Origin: Phenylobacterium sp.
GTDB lineage: Bacteria > Pseudomonadota > Alphaproteobacteria > Caulobacterales > Caulobacteraceae
Reading direction: 5' to 3'
DNA: 64,000 nt
NCBI RefSeq assembly: GCF_030646615.1
Contig: NZ_JAUSLG010000023.1
Span: 17,985 to 81,984 of the forward strand
The stretch's first letter is position 1, and each line of letters opens with the position of its first letter. The translations under genes and the position numbers were made by a program. Below the pieces are notes generated by a model. The model was given only the letters and a program-made list of their open reading frames with translations. It was not told the origin of the DNA and ran no database searches. Below, in pieces: positions 52,547 to 62,433 of this stretch.

Positions 52547-53905
52547 ATGACCCAAGCGATGTTTTCTGCGCGTTCAGTCCGCGGCCGAGCGGCCTGCGGC
52601 GTCGCCCTTGCGGCCCTTCTCGTGGCCGCCGCTCCCTCCAGCGTGGCGATGGCTCAAACCTCCGAGGCCGAGGCCCCCACGGCTGCGCCTGCCGCCCCGG
52701 TTCAACCTCAGGGCATGACCGAGTACGCCGCTGCGGTGGTCAATGACGAGATCATCTCGACCTATGACCTGGCGCAGCGGATGCGCCTGCTGATCGCCAC
52801 CACAGGGGTTCAACCCACCGAACAGACCCTGCCGCAGATCCAGCAGGAGGCCCTGATCTCCCTGGTGGACGAGGCCCTACAGTTCCAGGAACTGCGGCGC
52901 GTCGAGCGGGAGCAGAAGTTCTCGATCATCGCCTCGAACGAGGATGTGGACGAAGAACTGGCCGAGATGGCCGCCGGCAACGAAATGACGCCCGCGCAGT
53001 TCACCTCCATGCTCCAGAGCCAGGGCGTGCTGGCCTCCCTGCGCGAACAGCTTCGCGCCCAGGCCAGCTGGCAGCGCTGGATCCAGGGCCGCTATGGCTC
53101 GCGCCTGCGGATTGGCGACGACCAGGTGCAGGCCGTGCTGGCCCAACAGGCGGCCCAGGCGTCGCGTCCGCAGTTCCAAGTCAGCGAAGTCTTCATCGAC
53201 GCCGCCCGGGTCGGCGGCATGGACACCGCCCTTCGGGGCGGCGAACAACTGGTCAGCCAGATGCAGCAGGGCGCGCCCTTCCAGGCCGTGGCCCGGCAGT
53301 TCTCCGCAGCCCCGACCGCCGCAGCCGGCGGCGACGCCGGCTGGATCGGCCCTGGCGAAATGCCGGCCGAGGTCGAACGGGCTCTGGAGCAGATGCGGCC
53401 GGGACAACTTTCCCAGCCGATTCCTGTCACCGATGGGGTCTACATCGTCTATCTGCGGGACAAGCGGTCCGGCGCCGGCGCCACGCTGGTGAGCCTCAAG
53501 CAGGCCGCCATCGGCTTGCCGGCCGGTTCCGCTCCCTCGGTGGTCGAGGCGACGCGGGCGCGTCTCATGGCGCTTCGCGCGCAGATATCCGGCTGCGGTG
53601 ACCTGGAAACCGTGGCCAATGGCCAAGAGGGCGTCGTCGCAGGCGACCTTGGTGAGGCCGAGATCGGTGACCTGGCGCCGGCCTTCCGCGCTGCGGCTGA
53701 GTCCCTTGAGGTGGGCCAGCTCTCTGAGCCGATCCGCACCGAGGCCGGCATGCACATCGTGGCGGTCTGTGGCAAGCGCGCCACGGGCGCCGACCAGCCC
53801 ACGGCCCAGCTTGTGGAGCGCCGGCTGTTCTTCCAGCAACTGGGCCTGATCGCCCGGCGTTACATGCGCGACCTTCGGAATTCCGCGACCATCGAGACCC
53901 GTTGA
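52547..53905 (+). CDS. surA: Periplasmic chaperone / peptidyl-prolyl isomerase SurA
   Basis: There is a signal peptide and a SurA N-domain pattern (VVNDEIISTYDLAQRMRL). A parvulin-like region is present (GGDAGWIGPGEMPAEVE, and MHIV near the C-terminus). It is in the conserved lptD-surA-pdxA-rsmA order. Confidence 0.8.
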   Translation: MTQAMFSARSVRGRAACGVALAALLVAAAPSSVAMAQTSEAEAPTAAPAAPVQPQGMTEYAAAVVNDEIISTYDLAQRMRLLIATTGVQPTEQTLPQIQQEALISLVDEALQFQELRRVEREQKFSIIASNEDVDEELAEMAAGNEMTPAQFTSMLQSQGVLASLREQLRAQASWQRWIQGRYGSRLRIGDDQVQAVLAQQAAQASRPQFQVSEVFIDAARVGGMDTALRGGEQLVSQMQQGAPFQAVARQFSAAPTAAAGGDAGWIGPGEMPAEVERALEQMRPGQLSQPIPVTDGVYIVYLRDKRSGAGATLVSLKQAAIGLPAGSAPSVVEATRARLMALRAQISGCGDLETVANGQEGVVAGDLGEAEIGDLAPAFRAAAESLEVGQLSEPIRTEAGMHIVAVCGKRATGADQPTAQLVERRLFFQQLGLIARRYMRDLRNSATIETR

Positions 53906-54906
53906 AAAACCGCCCTCTCGCCGTAAGCCTCGGCGACCCCGCCGGCATCGGCCCCGAGATTGTCTTCAAGGCCTGGAGCGCCCTTCGGCATTCCGGGCCG
54001 AGCTTCGTCGTGGTCGGAGACCTTCGTCAGGTGGCTGCGGGCTCGGGGGGCACAGCAGGCCTTGTGCGCCAGGTCAGCGCGGCGGAAGACGCCAACCGCG
54101 TCTTCGGGCAGGCCCTTCCGGTCATCGACATTCCCCTGCTGGAGCCGGTGGTCGCCGGCAACCCGTCGCCACGGGCGGCGAAGGCGGTGATCTCCTGGAT
54201 CGAGACCGCCGTGGGCCTGGCCCTGTCGGGCGCGGTCGGCGGGGTGGTGACCGCGCCGATCGCCAAGGAAAGTCTCTACGGCGCCGGCTTTCCCTTCCCT
54301 GGCCACACCGAGTTCCTTGGGGAACTCACCCTGGCCCACCGCTATGACGGGGCCCGGGGGCCGATCATGATGCTGGCGGCGCCAGGCCTGCGGGTGTCTC
54401 TCGTCACCGTGCACAAGCCCCTGGCCGAGGTGCCGGCGGCGCTGAGCGTGGAAAAGATCGTCAATGCCGGCCTGGTGACGGCCCAGGCCCTGCGCCGCGA
54501 CTTCGGGATCGATCGCCCTCGCCTGGCGGTGGCCGGACTCAATCCCCACGCCGGGGAGAATGGCACGATTGGCCGCGAAGAGGTCCAGATCGTCGGACCG
54601 GCGGTGCGCGCCCTGCGCGACCTGGGCGTCGAGGCCACGGGGCCCAGCCCCGCCGACAGCCTCTTCCACGAGGCGGCGCGGGCCAAGTATGATGCGGTGC
54701 TCTGCCTCTATCACGACCAGGCCCTGATCCCGGTGAAGATGCTCGACTTCTGGGGCGGGGTGAACATCACCCTGGGCCTGCCCATCGTTCGGACCTCGCC
54801 CGACCACGGCACCGCCTTCGACATCGCCGGCCGCGGCCTGGCCCGCGCTGACAGCATGATCGCCGCCATTCGGATGGCCAAAGAGATCGCTGACCGTCGG
54901 CTATGA
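53902..54906 (+). CDS. pdxA: 4-hydroxythreonine-4-phosphate dehydrogenase
   Basis: LAVSLGDPAGIGPEI...TAPIAKESL...FPGHTEFL...AGLNPHAGENG...LCLYHDQALIPVK...VNITLGLPIVRTSPDHGTAFDIAG matches PdxA. It uses a TTG start overlapping the surA stop. Confidence 0.92.
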   Translation: MKNRPLAVSLGDPAGIGPEIVFKAWSALRHSGPSFVVVGDLRQVAAGSGGTAGLVRQVSAAEDANRVFGQALPVIDIPLLEPVVAGNPSPRAAKAVISWIETAVGLALSGAVGGVVTAPIAKESLYGAGFPFPGHTEFLGELTLAHRYDGARGPIMMLAAPGLRVSLVTVHKPLAEVPAALSVEKIVNAGLVTAQALRRDFGIDRPRLAVAGLNPHAGENGTIGREEVQIVGPAVRALRDLGVEATGPSPADSLFHEAARAKYDAVLCLYHDQALIPVKMLDFWGGVNITLGLPIVRTSPDHGTAFDIAGRGLARADSMIAAIRMAKEIADRRL

Positions 54907-55733
54907 GCGCGCTCACAGACCTGCCGCCCCTGCGTCAGAGCCTCGAGGCCCACGGCCTGATGGCCGACAAGGGCCTGGGCCAGCACTTCCTGCTCGACCT
55001 CAACATCACCCGCAAGATCGCCCGCCTGGCCGGCCCGCTAGAAGGCCTTCAGGTGATCGAGGTTGGGCCAGGTCCAGGGGGCCTGACGCGGGCGCTGCTG
55101 GAGGCTGGCGCGGCGGTGACGGTGATTGAGAAGGACGCCAGATTCCTCCCACTTCTCAATGAGCTCGCCGATGTGTCTGAAGGAAAACTTCGGATCGTCA
55201 TGGCCGACGCCCTCAAGGCTGATGAGGCGGAGCTCACCGCCAACCAATCCGTGCCGATCGTCGCCAACCTGCCCTACAATGTGGGCACCGCCCTGCTGAT
55301 CAAATGGCTGACAGGCGCCTACCGGCCCGCCTCCATGACCCTGATGTTCCAGAAGGAGGTCGCCGAACGGATCGTCGCCAGCCCCGGGGACGACGCCTAT
55401 GGCCGCCTGGCCGTCATCGCCCAGGCCACGGCGAAGACCAAGATCGTGATGGAAGCGCCGGCCCGCGCCTTCACCCCGCCGCCCAAGGTGGACTCCGCCG
55501 TGGTGCGCCTCGATCCCCATGAGACCCGCCCGCCCGAGTCCCTGCTGGCGGCCCTCGAACAGATCACCCAGGCGGCCTTCGGTCAGCGTCGCAAGATGCT
55601 GCGCTCCAGCCTCAAGGTTCTGGGCGGCGCCGAGCTTTGCGAAGCCGCGGGCGTCGATCCCTCACGGCGCGCCGAAACCCTGGCCCTGGAGGAGTTTCTG
55701 GGCCTGGCGGGCAAGCTGCTTGAGCGTCCCTAG
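54903..55733 (+). CDS. rsmA: 16S rRNA (adenine1518-N6/adenine1519-N6)-dimethyltransferase
   Basis: LGQHFLLDLNITRKI...VIEVGPGPGGLTRALL...VANLPYNVGT matches RsmA/KsgA. Confidence 0.93.
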   Translation: MSALTDLPPLRQSLEAHGLMADKGLGQHFLLDLNITRKIARLAGPLEGLQVIEVGPGPGGLTRALLEAGAAVTVIEKDARFLPLLNELADVSEGKLRIVMADALKADEAELTANQSVPIVANLPYNVGTALLIKWLTGAYRPASMTLMFQKEVAERIVASPGDDAYGRLAVIAQATAKTKIVMEAPARAFTPPPKVDSAVVRLDPHETRPPESLLAALEQITQAAFGQRRKMLRSSLKVLGGAELCEAAGVDPSRRAETLALEEFLGLAGKLLERP

Positions 55734-55769
55734 CTCACAAGCCTTGCCCCTGCCCGGCTGGGTCCTCCA

Positions 55770-55802
55770 GAGCGCGTTACGACCGGTTGTCGGAACGCGC
55801 TC
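55770..55802 (+). terminator. Hairpin after rsmA, a possible rho-independent terminator
   Basis: GAGCGCGTT-(15 nt)-AACGCGCTC forms a 9-bp stem followed by AAGTCTTTGAGTTT, a weak T-tract. Confidence 0.4.
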
Positions 55803-55815
55803 AAGTCTTTGAGTT

Positions 55816-55866
55816 TAGAGCATGATTCAACGATCAGACGGTTCCGTCTGATCGCATCATGCTCTA
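55816..55866. repeat. 51-nt nested palindrome / very stable hairpin immediately upstream of the mscS-family gene
   Basis: The outer arms TAGAGCATGAT / ATCATGCTCTA are 11 bp and perfect. The inner arms CGATCAGACG / CGTCTGATCG are 10 bp and perfect, around the loop GTTC. The structure ends 10 nt before the ATG at 55877. Confidence 0.85.
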
Positions 55867-55876
55867 GGACCGGGCC

Positions 55877-57127
55877 ATGTTCGAACTCGACCTGACCCTG
55901 AACAGCCTCAACGACTATCCGCACCTCCAGACCCTGGCGGGCCTCGGCGTCCTGGTCTTGCTGGCGGTGATCGTCAACTGGCTGACCCAACATGTTCTGC
56001 TGCGCATCGTCCGTCGCGCGCTCAGCCTGTCGCTGAAAGACAGGTCCGAGACCGTCTTCCGCGAAGTCATCGCCCGTCTGGCCAATGTGGCGCCGGCCAT
56101 CGTGATCTATCAGGGCGTCCTGGTGGTTCCGAACCTGCCGCCGGAAGCCGAGACCGTGGTCCGGAACGTCGCGGCGGCCTTCATGATCCTGACGGTGATC
56201 CTGGCGCTCACCGGGGCGCTCAACCTGGCCAACGAACTCTATTCCCGGCGGCCCGAAGCCCGGCAACGGCCCATCAAGGGCTATATCCAGGTCGGCAAGA
56301 TCATCCTCTACGCCGCCGCCGCCATCCTGGTGGTGGCCACCCTGCTCGATCGCTCGCCCCTGCTGCTGATCTCGGGCCTTGGCGCCATGGCCGCGGTCCT
56401 GCTGCTGGTGTTCAAGGACACCATCCTGTCGCTGGTGGCCTCGGTGCAGCTGACCAGCAACGACATGATCCGGGTCGGCGACTGGATCGAGATGCCTCAG
56501 CTGAACGCCAATGGCGACGTGATCGATCTGGCCCTGCACACGGTGAAGGTCCAGAACTTCGACAAGACGATCACCGCCATTCCCACCTGGCGATTGATCA
56601 ACGAGTCCTTCGTCAACTGGCGTGGCATGCAGGAGTCCGGCGGCCGTCGGATCAAGCGCGCCCTCTTGCTGGACCAGACAGCCATCCGCTTCCTGACGCC
56701 CGACGAGCGCAAGGCCCTGCGCCGCTTCGCCCTTCTCGACGTCTATCTGGATGGCAAGGCCAAGGAGCTGGAGGCCTGGAACGAGTCTCTGGTGCGGTCG
56801 GGACGCGATCCGGTCAACACCCGTCGCCTGACCAATGTCGGCACCTTCCGGGCCTATATGGACGCCTATCTGAAGGTTCATCCTGGGGTGGCCAAGGAGA
56901 AGACCCTGATGGTCCGTCAACTCGATCCCACGCCTGAGGGCCTGCCGGTCGAGGTCTATTGCTTCGCCAACACGGTGGACTGGAACGCCTATGAGGCGAT
57001 CCAGAGTGATCTGTTCGACCATTTCCTGGCCATCCTGCCGGAGTTCGACCTGCGGCTGTTCCAGGCGCCGACCGGCCGCGACATGCGGGCCGTGGCCGAG
57101 GGCATGAGGGCTCAGCTCGAATCCTAG
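55877..57127 (+). CDS. Mechanosensitive ion channel family protein (MscS-like)
   Basis: The 416-aa ORF has N-terminal TM helices and the MscS beta-domain pattern (NDMIRVGDWIEM...GDVIDLALHTVKVQNFDKTITAIPT..LINESFVNW). Confidence 0.85.
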   Translation: MFELDLTLNSLNDYPHLQTLAGLGVLVLLAVIVNWLTQHVLLRIVRRALSLSLKDRSETVFREVIARLANVAPAIVIYQGVLVVPNLPPEAETVVRNVAAAFMILTVILALTGALNLANELYSRRPEARQRPIKGYIQVGKIILYAAAAILVVATLLDRSPLLLISGLGAMAAVLLLVFKDTILSLVASVQLTSNDMIRVGDWIEMPQLNANGDVIDLALHTVKVQNFDKTITAIPTWRLINESFVNWRGMQESGGRRIKRALLLDQTAIRFLTPDERKALRRFALLDVYLDGKAKELEAWNESLVRSGRDPVNTRRLTNVGTFRAYMDAYLKVHPGVAKEKTLMVRQLDPTPEGLPVEVYCFANTVDWNAYEAIQSDLFDHFLAILPEFDLRLFQAPTGRDMRAVAEGMRAQLES

Positions 57128-57156
57128 AGCGGGGTTCCCACCTGTGGGACCGCGCC

Positions 57157-57798
57157 CTAGATGGGCTCGTCCAGCAGGGTCTGGACGAAGGTCTTCAGGC
57201 CTGGGTTGCGCACCCGCTTCTGGCGCTCGGCATGATAGATGTGGGCCAGATCGGCGAAGGCCCGGTCATAGTCGTCATTGACGATGACATAGTCGTAGTC
57301 CACCGCCCGCTCGATCTCCCCATAGGCCCGCCCCAGGCGGCGCTGGATGACATCCTCCCGGTCCTGGGCGCGGGCGTGGAGCCGGCGCGACAGCTCGGCC
57401 ATGCTCGGAGGCAGGATGAAGACCCTTACCACGTCGTCGGGGGCCTTCTCGGCGATCTGGGCCGCCCCTTGCCAGTCAATGTCGAACAGCACGTCCTGGC
57501 CTATCCCCAGGGCCTCCATCACCGGTGCGCGAGGGCTCCCATAGCGATGTTCATGGACATTGGCCCATTCGAGGAAGGCGTCCTGCGCGATCATCTCGTC
57601 AAAGACCGACCGGTCCACGAAGTGGTACTCGCGCCCATCCTCCTCGCCCGGCCGCGGATCGCGGGTGGTGGCTGAGATCGACAGGTTCAGGTCCGGATGG
57701 TCGGCGACCAGACGGCGCGACAGGGACGTCTTGCCAGCCCCCGATGGGCTGGAAATCAGCAGCATGAGGCCGCGACGGGGGATGGAGCTGTAGGGCAT
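57157..57798 (-). CDS. gmk: Guanylate kinase
   Basis: LLISSPSGAGKTSLSRRL...ISATTRDPRPGEEDGREYHFV matches Gmk. Confidence 0.94.
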   Translation of the reverse strand: MPYSSIPRRGLMLLISSPSGAGKTSLSRRLVADHPDLNLSISATTRDPRPGEEDGREYHFVDRSVFDEMIAQDAFLEWANVHEHRYGSPRAPVMEALGIGQDVLFDIDWQGAAQIAEKAPDDVVRVFILPPSMAELSRRLHARAQDREDVIQRRLGRAYGEIERAVDYDYVIVNDDYDRAFADLAHIYHAERQKRVRNPGLKTFVQTLLDEPI

Positions 57799-57837
57799 CA
57801 GGACTCGATCTGTGCGCGGCCGGAGGGATCGCGCTCT

Positions 57838-58722
57838 CTATTCCACATTCTGCACCTGCTCGCGAAGCTGCTCGATCACAGCCTTCAGCTCCAGGCCGAC
57901 CGCCGTGAGGTTGGCGAGGGCCGACTTGGAGCAGAGCGTATTGGCCTCTCGCATGAATTCCTGGGTCAGGAAGTCGAGCCGACGCCCCACCGGACCATCG
58001 CCGGCCAGCAGCTCGCGGGCCGAGTCCACATGGCCGGCCAGGCGGTCCAGCTCCTCGCGGACATCGACCTTCACCGCCATGGCGGCGGCCTCCTGGACGA
58101 TGCGTTCCTCAAGGCCGGCCGGATCGCCGATCAGCTCGCGCATCCGCCGCTCGAACCGGGCCTTGAGCACCGCCGGCTGCTCCCCGGCCAGGGCGCCGGC
58201 CTGGGCGGTGAGCTGGGCGATCCTGTCGGTCAGGCCGATCAGCACCCCGGTGAGGGCCAGGCCCTCGGCGTCCCGGGCGGCCTTCATGGCGTCCAGGGCT
58301 TGCCCCACCGACGCGGCCATCGCCTGCTCCAGGCGCCCCTGGGCTTCGGGATCAGCGTCGGGCTCGGCGGCCTCGATCACGCCGCGCAGGGCCAACAGGC
58401 CATCCAGGCTGGGCGGCGCCGCGCGACCGGCGGCCACCAGGGCGGCCGTGGCCTCCAGATAGCGCTCCACCTGGTCGAGATTGATCCGCACCTGGACCTG
58501 GCCCTCGGCCCGCTTGCCCTGCAAGCCGACGGTCACCTGGCCCCGCTGAAACCGCGCCTGAGCCCCGTCCCGCGCCGCCCGCTCCAGGCCATCGAAGCCG
58601 GGGGGCCCGCGGAACCGGACGTCGAGATTGCGCCCGTTGACCGAGCGCGCCTCGACCGCCCAGCTCCAGTCGCCCTGGGCGCCCTCGGCCCGGCCAAAGC
58701 CCGTCATCCCCGAAATCGGCAT
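57838..58722 (-). CDS. YicC/YloC family endoribonuclease
   Basis: MPISGMTGFGRAEG...WAVEARSVNGRNLDVRFR... and the C-terminal GRRLDFLTQEFMREANTLCSKS match the YicC family. The start is trimmed to the ATG at 58722 (294 aa). Confidence 0.86.
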   Translation of the reverse strand: MPISGMTGFGRAEGAQGDWSWAVEARSVNGRNLDVRFRGPPGFDGLERAARDGAQARFQRGQVTVGLQGKRAEGQVQVRINLDQVERYLEATAALVAAGRAAPPSLDGLLALRGVIEAAEPDADPEAQGRLEQAMAASVGQALDAMKAARDAEGLALTGVLIGLTDRIAQLTAQAGALAGEQPAVLKARFERRMRELIGDPAGLEERIVQEAAAMAVKVDVREELDRLAGHVDSARELLAGDGPVGRRLDFLTQEFMREANTLCSKSALANLTAVGLELKAVIEQLREQVQNVE

Positions 58723-58768
58723 GATCCGTTGTCTTTCCTTGAAGCGGTCGCGTCGTCGGATCGAGCCC

Positions 58769-59830
58769 TCAAGGCTCGGCCGCGACCTGGGGCGCCGGCG
58801 CGCGATTGCGCTCCAGCTCCCGCCAGCGGCTGACATTGCGGCGGTGGTCTTCATAGGTCGTGGCGAAGGCGTGCCCGCCGCTGCCGTCGGCGACGAAGAA
58901 CAGATAATCGGTCTGCGGCGGATCGAGCACCGCGGCCAGGGCCGCCCGGCCGGGATTGCAGATCGGCGTCGGGGGCAGGCCGTCGATCATATAGGTGTTG
59001 TAGGGCGTGGCGCCGGTCAGCTCCGACATGCGGATGCCGCGCCCAAGCGGCCGGCCCTTGGTCAGCCCATAGATGATGGTCGGATCGCTCTCCAGGCGCA
59101 TGCCGCGGCGCAGGCGGTTGACGAACACCGAGGCCACCTGCGGCCGCTCGCTGGCCACCCCCGTCTCCTTTTCCACCACCGACGCCAGGATCACGGCCTC
59201 TTCAGGGCTCCGCACCGGGAGGCCCGGCTGACGCCTGGACCACAGGAGCGCCAGGACCTCGTCATGGGCGTCCATCATCCGTTGCAGGACCGCGGCCCGG
59301 TCCTCGCCCCGCTCGATCTGATAGGTCTCGGGCAGGATCGCGCCCTCCGGCGGCGCCGGCGCCACCCCGGTCAGCAGGGGGTTCTCGGCCAGAATCTCGA
59401 CGACCATCTCAGACGTCATGCCCTCAGGCACGGTGACGAAATGGCGAACCACCTTGCCGGCCCGGATATCGCCCAGGACCCGGGCCATGGAGGCGCGGTT
59501 GGGAAACTCATACTCACCGGCCTTGAGCTCCCGCGCCGCGCCCGTGGCCTGGGCGGCGGCGAGAAAGATCGGCGCCGAGGAGATGACCCCGGAGGTCTCG
59601 AGCGTGCTGGCGATCTCCGGCAGGCCGGCCCCCCGGCGCAGCATCACCGTCGTGGTCTCCGCGGCCGCCTCGGGCCCGGGACCGCGGTACATCCACAGCG
59701 CCCAGAGGCCGGCCAGCGCCAGGACCAGGACCAGGGTCAAGGCGGCGCTGGTCAGCGTCACGATCAGGCGGCGCAGGGGCGAAGACCCGGCGCCTGTCTT
59801 GGCCGGTCGGGCGCGGGTCTTTCGGGCCAT
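58769..59830 (-). CDS. mltG: Endolytic murein transglycosylase MltG (YceG-like)
   Basis: There is an N-terminal TM segment, then EGAILPETYQIE...ILASVVEKETGVASERPQVASVFVNRL...MRLESDPTIIYG...YNTY...GLPPTPICNPG. The start is trimmed to the ATG at 59830. Confidence 0.88.
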   Translation of the reverse strand: MARKTRARPAKTGAGSSPLRRLIVTLTSAALTLVLVLALAGLWALWMYRGPGPEAAAETTTVMLRRGAGLPEIASTLETSGVISSAPIFLAAAQATGAARELKAGEYEFPNRASMARVLGDIRAGKVVRHFVTVPEGMTSEMVVEILAENPLLTGVAPAPPEGAILPETYQIERGEDRAAVLQRMMDAHDEVLALLWSRRQPGLPVRSPEEAVILASVVEKETGVASERPQVASVFVNRLRRGMRLESDPTIIYGLTKGRPLGRGIRMSELTGATPYNTYMIDGLPPTPICNPGRAALAAVLDPPQTDYLFFVADGSGGHAFATTYEDHRRNVSRWRELERNRAPAPQVAAEP

Positions 59831-59834
59831 CAGC

Positions 59835-61130
59835 TCAGACTTGCTTGAACACCACGGAGGCGTTGGTGCCGCCGAAGCCGAAGCTGTTGGACAGGGCCAC
59901 CTTGATCTCCCGCGGCTGCGCCTTGTTGGCGGCCAGGTCGATGGGCGTCTGCACCGAGGGATTGTCAAGGTTGATGGTCGGCGGCGCGATCTGGTCGCGA
60001 ATGGCCAGGCAGGTGAAGGCCGCCTCGATAGCCCCGGCCGCCCCCAGAAGATGACCTGTCGCCGACTTGGTCGACGACATGGTCACCCGTGAGGCCGCAT
60101 TGCCCAGCATGCGTTCCACCGCCCCCAGCTCGATCTCGTCCCCCAGCGGGGTCGAGGTGCCGTGGGCGTTGATATAGTCGATGTCGGCCGGGGAAATGCC
60201 GGCGTCCTTGATGGCCGCCCGCATGGCGCGGAAACCGCCGTCGCCGTCATCGGCCGGGGCGGTGATGTGATAGGCGTCGCCGGCCAGGCCATAGCCGGCG
60301 ACCTCGGCATAGATCTTCGCGCCGCGGGCCTTGGCGTGCTCATACTCTTCCAGCACCAGGACGCCGGCGCCCTCGCCCATCACGAAGCCGTCGCGGTCCT
60401 TGTCGTAGGGCCGGCTGGCCTTGGTCGGGTTGTCGTTGAAGTCCGTCGACATGGCCCGGCAGGCGATGAAGCCGGCGATGCCCACGGGGCAGATCGCCGC
60501 CTCGGCGCCGCCGGCGATCATCACGTCGGCGTCGCCATACTTGATCAGGCGCGCGGCGTCGCCGACCGCATGGGCGCCCGTGGCGCAGGCCGTCACCACC
60601 GAGTGGTTGGGCCCCTTGAAGCCATGGCGGATCGAGACCTGGCCCGAGGCCAGGTTGATCAGGGCGGAGGGAATGAAGAACGGGCTGACCCGGCGGGGAC
60701 CCTTCTCGTGCAGTTCGATGCTGGTCTTTTCGATGGTCGCCAGACCGCCGATGCCCGACCCGATGATGACGCCGGTCCGCTCGCGGCCCTCGTCGTCTTC
60801 CGGCGCCCATCCGGAGTCGCGCACGGCTTCGTCAGCCGCAGCGATGGCGTAGAGGATGAAGTCGTCGATCCGCCGCTGATCCTTGGACGACATGATGGCG
60901 TCGGGATCGAAGGCGCCCTCCACATCGGGGCCGCCGCCGCCGCGGCCATCGACGCGGGGGACTTCGCAGGCGACGTTGCAGGCATAGTCGCTAGCGTCGA
61001 AGGTGGTGATGTTCCCGGCGCCGGACTTGCCGGCCAGGAGCGCCTTCCAGGTGACCTCGACGCCCGAACCGAGCGGGGTCACAAGACCAAGGCCGGTCAC
61101 GACGACGCGGCGGGTGTTGGCGTTCGACAT
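59835..61130 (-). CDS. fabF: Beta-ketoacyl-ACP synthase II
   Basis: RRVVVTGLGLVTPLG, the active-site TACATGAH, then INAHGTSTPLGD and SNSFGFGGTNASVVF match FabF. Confidence 0.95.
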   Translation of the reverse strand: MSNANTRRVVVTGLGLVTPLGSGVEVTWKALLAGKSGAGNITTFDASDYACNVACEVPRVDGRGGGGPDVEGAFDPDAIMSSKDQRRIDDFILYAIAAADEAVRDSGWAPEDDEGRERTGVIIGSGIGGLATIEKTSIELHEKGPRRVSPFFIPSALINLASGQVSIRHGFKGPNHSVVTACATGAHAVGDAARLIKYGDADVMIAGGAEAAICPVGIAGFIACRAMSTDFNDNPTKASRPYDKDRDGFVMGEGAGVLVLEEYEHAKARGAKIYAEVAGYGLAGDAYHITAPADDGDGGFRAMRAAIKDAGISPADIDYINAHGTSTPLGDEIELGAVERMLGNAASRVTMSSTKSATGHLLGAAGAIEAAFTCLAIRDQIAPPTINLDNPSVQTPIDLAANKAQPREIKVALSNSFGFGGTNASVVFKQV

Positions 61131-61154
61131 GGCGTTTACTACTCCCCAGCCGCC

Positions 61155-61207
61155 TAAACGAAAACCGCCGCGCCTCTCTGGCGCAGGGGCCTAAGGGACG
61201 CGGCGGT
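61155..61207 (-). terminator. Hairpin / partial terminator between acpP and fabF
   Basis: On the minus strand, ACCGCCGCG-(26 nt containing a smaller GCGCC/GGCGC hairpin)-CGCGGCGGT is followed by TTTTCGTTT. Confidence 0.5.
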
Positions 61208-61241
61208 CATTGTCGGTACTTCAGGGCGAGACGCCCAGGCG

Positions 61242-61481
61242 TCAGGCGCCCAGACGTTCCTGAATGAACTTCACGGCGTCGCCGACCGTCTGAATATGCT
61301 CGGCGGCGTCGTCCGGGATTTCGATATCGAATTCTTCTTCAAAGGCCATGACCAGCTCGACGTTGTCGAGGCTGTCCGCGCCGAGGTCGTCGATGAAGCT
61401 GGCCTTCTCAGTGACCTTTTCGGGATCGGCGTCGAGGTGCTCGATGACGATCTTGCGCACGCGTTCCAGAATGTCGGACAT
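61242..61481 (-). CDS. acpP: Acyl carrier protein
   Basis: [16 protein letters not shown]...[26 protein letters not shown] contains the DSL phosphopantetheine attachment site. Confidence 0.97.
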   Translation of the reverse strand: MSDILERVRKIVIEHLDADPEKVTEKASFIDDLGADSLDNVELVMAFEEEFDIEIPDDAAEHIQTVGDAVKFIQERLGA

Positions 61482-61666
61482 TCGCTTTTAGTCCCTCTAA
61501 TTTCAACTGATGCATCCGCGACGGGAGACTGCTTGTCAACCGTTGCCGGTGTTGGGTTTGAGACCTCTGATATGGTCCCGGGCAGTCCAGGCCGGCTCAA
61601 TCGGCGTGCGCCGTAGCATGTTCCCACCAGCGAGGCCAGCGGGCAGCGGACGCCGAAAACCGACCC

Positions 61667-62407
61667 TCAGATCATCGCCATGCCACCATTCACATGCAGG
61701 GTCTGGCCGGTGACATAGGCGGCCTCGGCGCTGGCCAGATAGACGCAGGAGGCGGCGATCTCGTCGCCCGTGCCCAGGCGGCCAGCCGGAATTGTCGAGA
61801 GAATCTGGCCCTTCTGGGCCTCGTTCAGGGCGTCGGTCATAGGGCTTTCGATGAAGCCCGGGGCGATGCAGTTGACGGTGATTCCCCGGCTGGCGACCTC
61901 CTGGGCGAGGGCCTTGGAAAAGCCGATCATCCCCGCTTTTGAGGCCGCATAGTTGGTCTGGCCGGGATTGCCCATCACGCCGACCACCGAGGTGATGCCG
62001 ATGATTCGCCCATGGCGGCGCTTCATCATGCCCTTCACAGCTGCGCGACTGAGCCGGAAATAAGACTCCAGGTTCACCCGGATCACCGAGTCCCAGTCCT
62101 CATCCTTCATCCGCATCAGCAGCCCATCGCGGGTGATGCCGGCATTGGCCACCAGAATGTCCAGGGGCGCGCCGGCGGCGGCCTCCGCCTTGGCCACCAG
62201 CCCATCGACGGACGCTGCGTCCGACAGATTGGCCGAGGCGATGCTGACCCGCTCCTTGAGGTCGCCGGCCAACTCTTCGAGCACGGCCTCGCGGGTCCCC
62301 GACAGGGTCACATGAGCGCCCTGGGCGTGCAGCGCGCGGGCGAGCGCGGCGCCGATACCCCCCGTGGCGCCGGTCACCAGGGCGGTCTTTCCGGAAAGAT
62401 CGAACAT
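61667..62407 (-). CDS. fabG: 3-oxoacyl-ACP reductase
   Basis: ALVTGATGGIGAALA...NAGITRD...YAASKAG...PGFIESPMT matches an SDR with the FabG pattern and the fab cluster context. Confidence 0.93.
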   Translation of the reverse strand: MFDLSGKTALVTGATGGIGAALARALHAQGAHVTLSGTREAVLEELAGDLKERVSIASANLSDAASVDGLVAKAEAAAGAPLDILVANAGITRDGLLMRMKDEDWDSVIRVNLESYFRLSRAAVKGMMKRRHGRIIGITSVVGVMGNPGQTNYAASKAGMIGFSKALAQEVASRGITVNCIAPGFIESPMTDALNEAQKGQILSTIPAGRLGTGDEIAASCVYLASAEAAYVTGQTLHVNGGMAMI

Positions 62408-62433
62408 CTAAGGCGCCTCCACGGCGGTTTGGC

